A stretch of 64,000 nt of DNA, from the NCBI RefSeq assembly GCF_006345805.1, contig NC_043000.1:155372001-155436000 (forward strand), given 5' to 3'. Made by a program: the position numbers and the translations under genes. Of the stretch, positions 50,710 to 63,140 are shown one piece after another; within the stretch, counting starts at the first letter, position 1; the number at the start of each line of letters is the position of its first letter. The notes beneath the pieces were generated by a model. That model was not told where the DNA came from and searched no databases. It worked only from the letters and a program-made list of their open reading frames with translations. Source of the DNA: Octopus sinensis (Eukaryota).

Positions 50710-51097
50710 GGTGGAAGCACTCCGTCGGTTACGACGACGAGGGTTCCGGTTGATCCGAATCAACGGAACAGCCTGCTCGTGAAATTAACGTGTAAGTGGC
50801 TGAGCACTCCACAGACACGTGTACCCTTAACGTAGTTCTCGGGGATATTCAGCGTGACACAGAGAGTGACAAAGCCGGCCCTTTTGAAATACAGGTACAT
50901 CAGAAACAGGAAGTAAGAGTGAGAGAAAGTTGTGGTGAAAGAGTACAGCAGGGATCACCACCATCCCCTGCCGGTGTCTCGTGGAGCTTTAGGTGTTTTC
51001 GCTCAATAAACACTCACAACGCCCGGTCTGGGAATCGAAACCGCGATCCTATAACTGCGAGTCCGCTGCCCTAACCACTGGGCCATTGCGCCTCCAC
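50710..51097 (-). mobile_element. SINE family C with tail type 2, 11-bp TSD
   Basis: TSD ACCCTCTCAGT at 50699-50709 and 51098-51108. Confidence 0.92.
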
Positions 51098-51409
51098 ACC
51101 CTCTCAGTAATATGCTCATGGAAATGCATCATCACTCACCGACTTTAACTCTGAGATTGTACGACACTATGGTCCTGTGTATTCCGACTGTGGCCTGTAA
51201 TTGTTTTTTATAATTTGTTCCAGTACCATCCATGGAAATGCCATTATTACCGGTATATAAATTTATAACCTCTCGATTTGTAACAAGTTTGATAAGTGCT
51301 GACGCATGAAACTCTCGGCCCTCGAGTCACTCTGTTGTTCAACCGCGAGTCCGCTGCCCTAACCACTGGCCCATTGCGCCTCCACACTCACACACACACA
51401 CACACACAC

Positions 51410-51439
<30 letters not shown>

Positions 51440-51440
<1 letters not shown>

Positions 51441-51730
51441 GAGGCGCAATGGCCCAGTTGTTAGGGCAGCGAACTCGCGGTTGTAGGATCGCGGTTTCGA
51501 TTCCCAGACCAGGCGTTGTGAGAGTTTATTGAGCAAAAACACCTAAAGCTCCACGAGGCTCTGGCAGGGGGTGGTGGCGATCCCTGCTGTACTCTTTCGC
51601 CGCAACTTTCTCTCTCACTCTTAGGCAACGGGGCGGTGTCATTTGAAGGCTAAAACAATGCGAAGCGCATTGTGACCAGCAATGTATAGCAACATTTGAT
51701 AGCCTGGTCGGTCACGTTGATCACGGTGAT
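51440..51730 (+). mobile_element. SINE family C head with tail type 3
   Basis: Same head as 15614 and 36474. After CTCTCACTCTT the sequence switches to an unrelated segment ending TCACGGTGA-(TA)n. Confidence 0.65.
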
Positions 51731-51753
51731 ATATATATATATATATATGCACA

Positions 51754-51786
<33 letters not shown>

Positions 51787-53075
51787 CGAGGGACGTTCAA
51801 TAAGTAATGCCTCTGACCCACTTGCAGTTGTTTGATCTAGCTGAAATTTTGCATGTGCAATCATTTATATCTCTATAGAGTGAGTGGCAAATTACAGCTC
51901 TGAATTAATTGTGGTTTCTGATTTACAGATGTTTGAACCGAGTCAAGTGTGAAATGGAGCCTGTTGAGTGTCGAGCAGTGATCCGGTTTTTGTATTTGAA
52001 AGGACGTTACCACGGGAGACTTTTGATGAAATGAAAGTAACTTATGGTGATGATGCCCCATCATATGACCTTGTAAAAAGGTGGCATCGTGAATTCAAAC
52101 ATGGTCGGATCTCTGTGGAAACAGCTCCCAGATCTGGTAACCCCCTTCTGCCATTGATGAGCCATCTGTCTGTCAAGTTCAGGCTGCCATTTTGGAAGAT
52201 CGACGCATAATTATTCGCCAAATAGCCCATGAGGTCAAGATTAGTACCGGGTCTGTGGAAACTATCATTCATGACCATTTGCATATGCAAAAGGTGTCTG
52301 CCAGCTGGATTCCCAGGTTTCTCACGCCTTTCCGGAAGCAAGAACGCGTCGAGTGCTCGAGGGTGAATTTGGAGATGTGCCAAGAAGATGAGTCAAAATT
52401 TTTCAAAAGACTGATTACACAGGATGAAACCTAGGTTCATCACGATGATCCAGAGACCAAAGCCCAGTCAATGCAGTGGAAGCACCGTGACTCACTCCCT
52501 CCAAAGAAGGCAAGGGTGCAGCCCTCCGCTGGCAAGGTCATGCTCACAGTCTTCTGGGACCAGGACGGAGTAGTGATGACAGATTTCCTGGCAAAGGGTA
52601 CCACAATTGCAGGAGCCTATTATGCTTCACTTTTGAGGAAATTAAGAGAAGTTATCAAAATCAAGAGGCGGGGCAAGATCAGCAAAGGCATCCTCCTCCT
52701 GCAGGACGACGCTCCGGTCTACAACTCGCTTGTCGCCAGATCAGAAGCACAGGCGTATGGCTATGAACTCCTCCCCATCCCCCTACTTTCCTGACCTTGC
52801 ACCCTCTGATTTTCACCTCTTCCCAATCATGAAGTTGTTTTTGAAAGGAAAGCGTTTCCCAGATAATGCAGCCTTGATTTCTGAAGTCACGTTGAGGTTG
52901 GAGGACCAAGCTGGGGTCTTCTACAAAAACGGTCTCCAGAGCCGCATCAAACGATGGGAGAAATGCGTAACTCTGGGTGGTTCCTATGTAGAAAAAGACT
53001 AATAACTGTGCCAAGTTTCGTTGCTCTACTGCTATGGGAAGTGGGTCAGGGGCATTACTTATTGAACGCCCCTCG
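51787..53075 (+). mobile_element. Full-length mariner (D,D34D), 1289 bp, 35-bp TIRs, TA TSD
   Basis: TIRs CGAGGG(A/G)CGTTCAATAAGTAATGCC(T/C)CTGACCCAC at both ends, within (TA)n. Transposase 51954-53002 has DET, QDDAP and PDLAPSD with 34 residues between the last two Asp. It carries one stop and two frameshifts. Confidence 0.95.
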
Positions 53076-53385
53076 TATATATATAAAATTAAAGAAGGAA
53101 AATGCACACATTTTACATAGTTTTGATATAATTTTAATATACTCTATATTGTGTTTGTTGAGCGGTTTCGCTTTCGGCAATCATGACATTGAGATTATTG
53201 TAAATTCGTATTTTTCTTAAGCTGATTTTAGTCCATGTTGTGTGTGTAGGAGTTTGTGAATGAATGATTTAACAAGTAAAAAAAATTTAATGGGAGGCTT
53301 GTTATCATTGGGGAGAGGGGAGGTAATTGCTCATCTTTCGAGGAGGGGATAAATAATATATATAATTATATAACATATATATGTA

Positions 53386-53608
53386 TACTCTTTTACTCTT
53401 TTACTTGTGTCAGTCATTGACTGCGGCCATGCTAGAGCACCGCTTTTAGTCGAGCAAATCGACCCCGGGACTTATTCTTTTGTAAGCCCAGTACTTATTC
53501 TATCGGTCTCTTTTTTGCCGAACCGCTAAGTAACGGAGACGTAAGCACAGCAGCATCGGTCGTCAAGCAATACTAGGGGGACAAACACAGACACACAAAC
53601 ACACACGC

Positions 53609-53653
<45 letters not shown>

Positions 53654-53820
53654 ATATACGACGGGCTTCTTTCAGTTTCCGTCTACCAAATCCACTCACA
53701 AGGCTTTGGTCGGCCCGAGGCTATAGTAGAAAACACTTGCCCAAGGTTCCACGCAGTGGGACTGAACCCGGAACCATGTGGTTGGTAAACAAGCTACTTA
53801 CCACACAGCCACTCCTGCGC

Positions 53821-53822
<2 letters not shown>
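53386..53822 (-). mobile_element. SINE family A, full length
   Basis: Reverse complement of the consensus. Confidence 0.9.
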
Positions 53823-53873
<51 letters not shown>

Positions 53874-54627
53874 TGTATGTATGTATATATATTGGTGTGG
53901 GGGGATGTGTTTGTGCGTGTGTGCGTGCGCGCACGTATATGGGAAAAATTTAATTGTCAGTTATTGTTACTGAGGGTACCGAAGCACCTACACACACAAA
54001 CACACACACACGCACATGCACACACACACGCACACACGCACGCACACACCACACACACACACACACCTACACACACACACACGCGCGCGCGCGCGCGCAG
54101 AAAGGAGTTAACCGCCCCATCAGCTGCTCTGGGATCACCAGACTAGACTAGTTTCGCCTATCTTATATCTTTTGCGCGTTTCTTTCGGCATCAACAGTTT
54201 TTAACTCTTATTTCTTGCAATATAGGAGGTTTGGTACCCTCAGCCATCATTAGTACCGATAAAATTTTCCCTTTGTAGTATTATATTGTACCTAGCTGTT
54301 TGTATTAATTCATACATACACACACACACACACATATATGTATTAGAATGGATCTCAAAACGCTCATAAAGTTATAGAAAACAGCATGGCACATTGGACT
54401 GAAAAATCCTTATTAGATAAAAGAAAAATCAAAAGCTGTCTGTGCTAGAACACCTGTTATATCTATACAGAAGTTATGGGATCGGGTCAGAAAATCAGCT
54501 CTCGACTTTTTCTATCCAAAATGTAGTTTTTAACCGAATTTAATATGCTATCGTTTGCAGCTTTATGTGTGTTTTTAGATCTATTCCCAGAAAGGAATTG
54601 TTTCTCTCGAAAGTTTTAAATTCTTAT

Positions 54628-54681
<54 letters not shown>

Positions 54682-54800
54682 CACACACACACACACGCAT
54701 ATATATATATATACACTTGTCCTTGCGTGTTTGAAGACATGCTGGGACTTATATATCATTTCAGAAAGCATAAAAATATATACAGTTATACTATATTTGC

Positions 54801-55078
54801 AGCGTGGAAGGTGTTTGTGAGGCATTTAAGAAACACACAAAAGCCGTTAGATTCACTTCAACATTTAAGTTTAATTTGTCAAAATATTTTCGTCGCTAAA
54901 ATCCGCGACCTGTTCACTGACAAAAATCCGTGTTGCATCCGCGCTGACGGATTTTTGTCAGTGAACAGGTCACGGTCTTAAAGCGACGAAAATATTTTGA
55001 CAAATTAAACTTAAATGTTGAAGTGAATCTAACGGCTTTTGTGTGTTTCTTAAATGCCTCACAAACACCTTCCACGCT
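54801..55078. repeat. 278-bp near-perfect inverted repeat; each arm holds a hammerhead-like motif
   Basis: Arms 54801-54931 and 54947-55078, 15-nt spacer. Mismatches are confined to about 54897-54906 versus 54972-54982. Confidence 0.92.
54954..55004 (+). ncRNA. Candidate minimal type-I hammerhead ribozyme variant (G3-C8); mirror copy at 54875-54924 on the minus strand
   Basis: TTTGTCA-GTGAACA-G-GTCAC(loop)GCGAC-GAA-AATATT-T-TGACAAA. Manual fold only. Confidence 0.55.
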
Positions 55079-55464
55079 ACAATTGTTTTCGTTTCAGCAC
55101 ACGATCTCAGATCAAATCACTTGCTATGCAGGTACATCTCCGTAATATGCTATATTTGTTTTGCAAATATCTAAATTTTGCTGGTATGTCTATCTGTAAC
55201 TGAATAAGAATATTTATTAGGTACCTAATATATAGTCATATATTTGCTGCTATAGCTTCCGTTGCTTCTACATTCATATGTAAACATGTCCAAATACAAA
55301 TTAGAAGCAGTTTGCAAGTCAGATGTCTTTAAAATACTCCGTATTACACGAGCAACGCTAAATCTTTGTAATTATCTAACGATAAGCTACCAATGTTATG
55401 GACAGATAAATATACTGCAGGTTTTGTTCTGAATTGGTAATATAAACTTATGTAAATATTACCA

Positions 55465-55612
<148 letters not shown>

Positions 55613-55863
55613 TAAATAGATAGGTATCAATTTTTGAAGTAATTTCTACTAATGTTTAGTTGTGATCACTGCCTTTCAAAAATAGTTCACTGTGTCGTTT
55701 ATGGTGAGGGAAACATTTGTCTATGTTACTGTAAAACATACTTTATTTTTACTGCAGTACTTTTATTCTTTTCCCTCTAGTTATAAGCATTAAAAATAAC
55801 AATATGGATATATTGAATCTGCTACATACATAAATAAATGTTTTATTGCCTATTTACGTATAT

Positions 55864-56273
55864 AGGCGCAGGAGTGGCTGTGTGGTAAGTAGCTTGTTTA
55901 CCAACCACATGGTTCCGGGTTCAGTCCCACTGCGTGGCACCTTAGGCAAGTGTTTTCTACTATAGCCTCGGGCCGACCAAAGCCTTTTGAGTGGATTTGG
56001 TAGACGGATACTGAAAGAAGCCCGTCGTATATATGTATATATATATATGTTTGTGTGTGTGTTTGTGTGTCTGTATTTGTCCCCCTAGTATTGCTTGACA
56101 ACCGATGCTGGTGCGTTTATGTCCCCGTCACTTAGCGGCTCCGCAAAAGAGACCGATAGAATAAGTACTAGGCTTACAAAGAATAAGTCCCGGGGTCGAG
56201 TTGCTCGACTAAATGCGGTGCTCCAGCATGGCCGCAGTCAAATGACTGAAACAAGTAAAAGAGTAAAAGAGTA
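55864..56273 (+). mobile_element. SINE family A, full length
   Basis: Consensus head to tail. Confidence 0.9.
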
Positions 56274-57410
56274 ATCATCATCATCATTGTTCGACCGTTG
56301 TCGAGACAATGGAATTTACTATGTTACGCCAGACTTCACAGTCCATCATAGCATTACGGAGGTCCTGTTGCTGGATGCCTGTATCCCTGGAGATTACATC
56401 AGGGTAGGAGAGTGTGCGCCCTCTGGTATTGCGAGTAGATGGCTTCCAGAGGAGAAGAGTAGAAATTACTTCTTTTTCAGCTCTACAACAATGTCCAGCA
56501 AACTGGACTCTCCTGCCTTTCACAAGAGATGACACAGGTGGTAATTTCCCATATATTTGCATTTTGGTTGGATGGCGCTTCCACGAGAGGTTTTTGAGCT
56601 CTCATAAGGAGGCGAGTGTAGGTTCCATCCAATCGCCTCTCAAGCTTCTTTGATAACGTCCAGGTTTCTGAGCCATATAGTAGAATTGGTTCGACTGTGG
56701 CTTTGAATATTTTAAGTTTGAAGTCTCTACTTAGATTTGATGACCAGATCTTATGCATGTCATTACAGGCTGACCAGGCCATACCCTTTCTAGTTAGAAA
56801 GTCTTTTCCAGATGATGATATGTATGACCCAAGATATTTATAATCAGAAGCCATATTTAAAGGTGCACTGTTGAGAGTATGGATGATGCAATCACTGTTG
56901 GACAGGCACTTGTTTATGTATTCAGTTTTGGCCTCATTGAGGTAAAGACCTACACAATTTGAGGCTTGTTCAAGAGATTGTAAAAGAGACTGGGCATTGG
57001 AGAGAGAATCACTGATAAGAGCGATGTCGTCAGCAAAGTCAGTGTCTGTCAAGTACTCAGCTGGGTGTCTGGAACTTCTTGGTTTTATTTCAAAGCCCTT
57101 GCCAGAGATGGTATCAACTGACATACGTAGCACATAATCAACAACAATGATGAAAAGAAATGGGGCGAGTGTGTCTCCCTGCAGTATTCCGGCTTTGATT
57201 GAGAAAGATGATGTTTCTCCATCAGGGGTTAAGATGGTTGAAGACGGATCTGTGTAGAGGACCTTGATGGCAGAAATAATTTTGTCTGGTATCCCACAGA
57301 GCTTAAGGATTTCAAACATCTTGTACCTATCTACAGAATCGAACGCTTTAGAAAAGTCTACAAATTCCATTGCAAGATCGCGATTAAATGCTTTTGATTC
57401 TTCAATAGGT
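56274..57410 (-). mobile_element. RTE-group LINE, 5'-truncated, (TGA)n tail
   Basis: FVDFSKAFDS, GILQGDTLAP, FADD, YKYLGS, LLYGSETWT, FAGHC. One frameshift near 56570. Confidence 0.9.
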
Positions 57411-57723
57411 GCTTCGGCCCCCTCCACCCACCCATGCAACCTACTACACACACATACAAATACACACAGAGAAACACAAAAGTCATAAGGTAATTTGAAA
57501 GATGCAGAAGCAAACTCCTGCTCTTTTTAAAGGACCACTTTGATATCGTGTATCCAATTATTACTACACAAATCCCCACCAAAAAAGAGCAAGAGTCTGT
57601 CACCGAATCTCTGCTAAGACTGGAACGGCACCTTGTGGTGCCGGTCCAGTTATCCCAACGAACATATTGCTGTCATTTCAACGTTTGGCAACACTCTTTC
57701 AACTTTCAACTATTTACGTGTGT

Positions 57724-57766
<43 letters not shown>

Positions 57767-60102
57767 GTTTGTGTGTCCTTGTGTTTGTCTATCTGTGTGC
57801 ACGTGTGTATCATATAGACGTAGGCATGTTCAGCATTTAAGAAGTTCTCTTCGGAGCCAAAAGGTTCCGGCTTTGATCACATTTCGTGTCACCTCATGTA
57901 AGGTTCATTACCATAGCTGCAGGTTTGCTCAAGCTTTGTGAGTGGAATTGGTTAATTGGAAACTATACGAAGCCTCTCGGATGGATTTTATGAGTAACTC
58001 AAAAGCCCATCCTTGTTATACTCTGTATCATGAGTATTAAGAGACAGAACTCAGCCACTCTCTCTCATACCTTTCGCATCTACTGGACCGTGTGCCCTCA
58101 AAATTCGCAATATTGTGGACAGAGCCGCCTCATACATTTATATCCAAATACTATACGTCTAATCGGGACCTCCCATAGTTTAATTTTGCATATAAGAAGA
58201 AGCGTTTGTCTACAAAAATTTGCTTACTGAAACACCAACAGACAAGTGTAGCATAGAACTCAAATATATTTCTCCTCACAGAATAAAGATCATGGAAGCT
58301 AGAAACTGTAAATTAGATTTAAAAGATTTGTAAAAAAATTGTGGAGTAGCTTTTACTTAAACACTGAAACAACGATATATGCTTGTTCAAACACACCCAA
58401 ACACTCATTACTTGGAAATAAAACACAAAATAGTGAACTAAATGCAAAAAAACAACTCTCGCAACATTTCAAATAACATCATCTGAACATCAACCAGGGT
58501 ATAAAATTACTATACCTACTACATTATATGGTTAACACAAGAAATAAATAATTAGGTCCACAGTTACAGATAGAAAGCTGCGGGGAACCCCCCATTTTTG
58601 GAAAATGCTACATCATCCTTATAAACCATGAGATTAATTTCGTGTCAGTCCCTAGGTACAGAGCTCTCCAAAAGGAATTGGATTTAATTAGTAAGATAAT
58701 CTTCGTTAGGATTAGAAATAAAATGATGCTAGCACAATGGAACCGCACGCCGCCAATATCAAGTATTTCAGTGATGTAGGAACTAATAAACTGCGCAGAT
58801 TCCCACATAATCTTATCTTAATCAATTTAACAAAATCCCTCGAGAGGTAGAAAAAAAGTCACCAACTTCGGCATCAATATAATAATGAACATTGAAACTT
58901 GCTGGTATACCTTGATGACACAAGTTCGATCACCGTGAGGATTTATTATATCATCCCACCCCTTTACCACTATTTAACAAACTTTTCAATGCCAATTTGA
59001 TTAAAATGAGTTACAGTTGTTTGCAGCATTGATTTCCAGATGTCACATTATAACATAAAATTTCATTCCCAAACTTCTGTTACCACTAGCAAGCACTAGC
59101 GAATGCAGAAACGATCCATAACTTGAGATATTAATGACAGATGCATCTTGTATAATAGCTGTGCCGGAAACTGTGCAATGCAGCTGACTAAGAATCTACA
59201 AATCCTAGGAAAAACCGGCAATTATTGCCGAACAAAAAGTCTGTGTGCGCATCTCTCTGACGTCACAGGAAGCCATTTCTTTTGAAGTACTTTCATTTTG
59301 AGGACCTACTAAATTTGCATAACTTGCTGTCTGAATACCATAGTCAGGCCAATGTGCACTTTCTTATATAGGAGTTGAACAAGCTAACAATCTCAACACA
59401 GCATACTGCGGGTGGTTGGCGGAGCCTGCATTTTTCCTTTCATATCGTTTTCAAAACTTCCTTCTTTAAAATGTAAATACATAAAACTACAATGAGAAAT
59501 TATGCCAAAATATTCGTACATGTCATGCTCTAAATGCAAAATGTAATTTCGCTACACACAACATCTAAGTGATTCTGGAAGAAGCCCCAAATTATCAACT
59601 GAAAAGTATTAAACGAAATACTGGCACTTACGAAATTACGGCTGCTATTTGATACTCAACAAATGCTTGCTTTTGTACACTTGCATTCTGCGCGTGTACA
59701 CTTGCATTCATGTGTGTGCGTTTATGTGTGTGTGTGTGCGAGCTCGCGGGAGAGTTTCATTTTAATATTAATTTATCGTTGACTAATTCAGATTGTGACT
59801 CTTAGACGCGAAGCTATTTTTGCGATTAAGATTCCATAGGCAAGTCAAGTGCCTCGCGGTAGGGCTCTCTGTTTCGTTGCGATGGAGACCGGTATGTCTG
59901 CATGTATGTAGGAACGTAGGTATGCATGTATTTATATATGTATGTATGTATGCATGTATGTATGTATGCATGTATGTATGTATATATATACGCACGCACA
60001 TACATGCGTATGCGCGTATTTATCTATGTAGGTATCTATGTGTATATAGTTGTGTAATTAAGTAAATAGTGGGTAGAAACAGAGACGTAAACATAAATCT
60101 GT

Positions 60103-60167
<65 letters not shown>

Positions 60168-60371
60168 CGGGAGAAGGAAAGGGAGTGCGAGGGAGAAACG
60201 CTGATAATGAATAAAGAACTAGAGAGAAAAACAAATCAAATAAGCTATAGCTAGCTATATGAGTAGATACATGCATACATTATTACATATATATTCATGC
60301 ATACACGCATACAAGCATTCATACATACATATGCATACATTTATTCATACATACATAAGCATACATACATA

Positions 60372-63140
60372 CCTCACATCCCAGGTCATACTCAAATTCG
60401 GTGTGTGACACTCTAATTGTACATATAAGGCAACTTGGTGTAGTTATATGTGCTACATATCGCCCTCCAGATGCCCCAAGCCATGTAAGCAAGTTTGAAG
60501 ACTGCCTTATAAAAATAGAAGTTCTAGTCACATTAGAACAACAATTAAGTGTACTTCTTATGGGAGACTTCAATCTGCCCAATGTCAGATGGCCCGAGGG
60601 CTTTCTCTCCCAGGAATGACACGATGCGAACGAGGACAGGCGAGGTCCCGCCTGAACCTCATCAACACTCTGTATATGGAGCAAATAATACTCCAACCAA
60701 CCAGGGCAGGTAACATACTGGATCTCTGCTTCACAAATAATATGGATCTCATCCATAATGTGAAAGTGACACCGACACTACTCTCGGATCACAACATGGT
60801 AGAGCTGACTATGTACGAGCCAAAGGAAAGCATGGACATGCAGCCTACAAGAAGCTCTCAGAATCTTTCCAGCTTGAACTTCCATAAGGTAAACTGGAAA
60901 CAAATTGAGAAAGAGATCCTCAAACAAAACTGGCCTGACATCGACATGAAACTTCAACAATTCATGTCTGTAATGCAAGCCATATGCTACAACTGTGTCC
61001 CAGAGAGAAAGGCCACTGTACACAAGAACAAAATCCCCAGAGAGAGGAAAATTCTAATGAGACGGCGTACAAAAGTTTCAAATCGCCTAAACAAACAAAT
61101 TGAAAGCAGTGAAAATAAAACTGTTGGAAATTGAAAAATGTCTGCAACTCTCCCATGAAAAAGAAAGAGCAGACAAAGAAGCTTGGGCTATAGACAACAT
61201 AAAATCTAACCCCAGAGTTTTCTACAGGTATGCCAAAGAAACAGCTACGGTGCTCTGTACGATAGGGCCACTCCTTGAAAAGGATGGCACACTCACAGGA
61301 AATCCAATGAGGATAAGTGAAATACTAAATGAGCAATTCAAGAGTATTTTCACTCCACCCCTAAGGCATTTTCAAGTCAGCAATCCAACTGACTTCTTTA
61401 CCACTGCAGATGTAAAATCAGAGGCAGCGATGATTGATTACATCAATATAAAGGAAGACGATGTAATAAAGGCTATAGATGAAATGAAAACAAACTCAGC
61501 TACTGGCCCCGATGGATTCCCGGCAATCCTTCTAAAAGTATGTAAGATAGTCCTAGCAAGACCACTGCAGTTCCTCTTTCAGAGCTTCCTTGCAACTGGC
61601 AAACTTCCAAGAAAACTGAAGGAAGGTAAAATATGCCCTATTCATAGAGAGGTAGCAGAGCGGAGGCCAAGAACTACAGACCTATCTCTCTGACCTAACA
61701 CATCAGCAAGGTCATGGAACGAATAGTCAGAAGGAAACTGATCACCTTCCTTGAAGAAAATGACTTGCTGCCTGACACCCAACATGGTTTCCAACCAGGA
61801 AGAAGTTGCTTAACTCAGCTCCTACAACACTATGACTGGGTGCTGAAACGACTGCTCAACCACTCAAATGTGGAAATGATATATCTCGACTTTGCAAAGG
61901 CCTTTGATAAAGTCGATCATGGAATGATATGTCACAAACTGCGTGATCTTAGCATAGTTGGAAAATTGGGAGAATGGTTTCATGACTTTCTGAAGGATAG
62001 AAGTCAGGTGGTAGTAGCCAATGGGGCCACCGCCAATAACACGCAAATAGTGAGCGGTGTTCCGCAAGGCACTGTTTTGGGACCACTACTGTTTATAATG
62101 GACCTCTCAGACATACCGTCAGCCACGCAGAGAGCCACGATCACAAGTTATGCAGATGATACAAAAGTTTCACAGGCAATACAGAACCCTGAAGACACTA
62201 TGCACCTGCAATGTGAGCTGGACAAAATATACAAGTGGGTTGAAAAGAATAGCATGCAGTTCAATGCTGAAAAGTTTCAAGCTCTATGCTATCAGCATGC
62301 AAAACTAAATGCAATACTTAATAAATACACGGGACCTGGAGGGATTGCAATCCCAGAGGAACAATCAGTGCGAGACCTGGGTATTTACATGAGTGATGAT
62401 GCAACCTTTCATGTGCATGTTGCTAAATTGGCAATGAAATGTAGGCGGCTGACCGGGTGGATTCTTAGAACCTTTAGAACAAGAGACCAGGAAACCATGA
62501 TGGTCCTCTGGAGGACACTTATCCTAAGCCACTTTGACTATTGCTCTCAGCTATGGTCATCATCCAGTGTCAAATTAATCACAGAACTTGAGGCGATCCA
62601 ACGAAGCTACACGAAGAAGATAGCCTCTGTGCAGCATATAAGCTACTAGGAAAGACTCTATTCCTTAGAGCGTAGGCGAGAAAGATATGCCATAATATAC
62701 ATCTGGAAGATCCTAGAAGGACTTGTCCCAAACTTTGGCATCGAGAGTTATACAAATGCTAGAACTGGGCGCCACTGCATAGTGCCAAGGACTCCAAATT
62801 TGCCATCAAGATGTAGGACAAGATACTGCAATAGCCTGGGCTTCAGAGGCCCACAGCTCTTCAATATCCACCCGAAGAACCTGAGAGACCTGCATGGGGT
62901 GGATGCAGATGTCTTTAAAATGAAACTGGATCTCTTCTTGTCAGGTGTCCCAGATGAACCAACTTCACGGCAGGAGGTGCAGATGAGGGCAGTTGTATCG
63001 AACTCTCTCATGCACCAAATGGCAATTGCTAAAAAGCATTCGTGAAGTAAAACCATGTAGCAACACCAAATGGCGGTGCCCCAGCATGGCCACAGTTCGT
63101 GAGCTGAAACTAGATAGAATAAAAAAAATAAATAAAATAA
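60372..63140 (+). mobile_element. CR1/L2-group LINE (APE+RT), 5'-truncated, decayed; candidate partner of SINE family A
   Basis: YRPP, GDFNLP, SDH, GPDG, QHGF, YLDFAKAFD, GVPQGTVLGP, YADD. The 3' UTR contains GGCGGTGCCCCAGCATGGCCACAG...CTGAAAC. Confidence 0.92.

Larger units (their letters stand above)
49270..51290 (-). mobile_element. Old CR1/L2-group LINE 3' region split by three SINEs (LINE pieces 51098-51290, 50311-50709, 49270-49522)
   Basis: The pieces translate collinearly with the LINE at 62300-63045 (GWVLRSFRTR, ERYAVIYIW, LFNILP..RDL) and end in a related 3' tail. Confidence 0.75.

Noticed and set aside
57619-57650. 14-bp GC-rich hairpin with a TTGT loop
   Set aside because: Isolated, with no U-tract or family context; intrinsic terminators are not relevant in this genome.
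57490-59700. Possible host-gene exons in repeat-poor stretches
   Set aside because: No ORF with recognisable non-TE motifs. Small exons cannot be excluded without RNA-seq.
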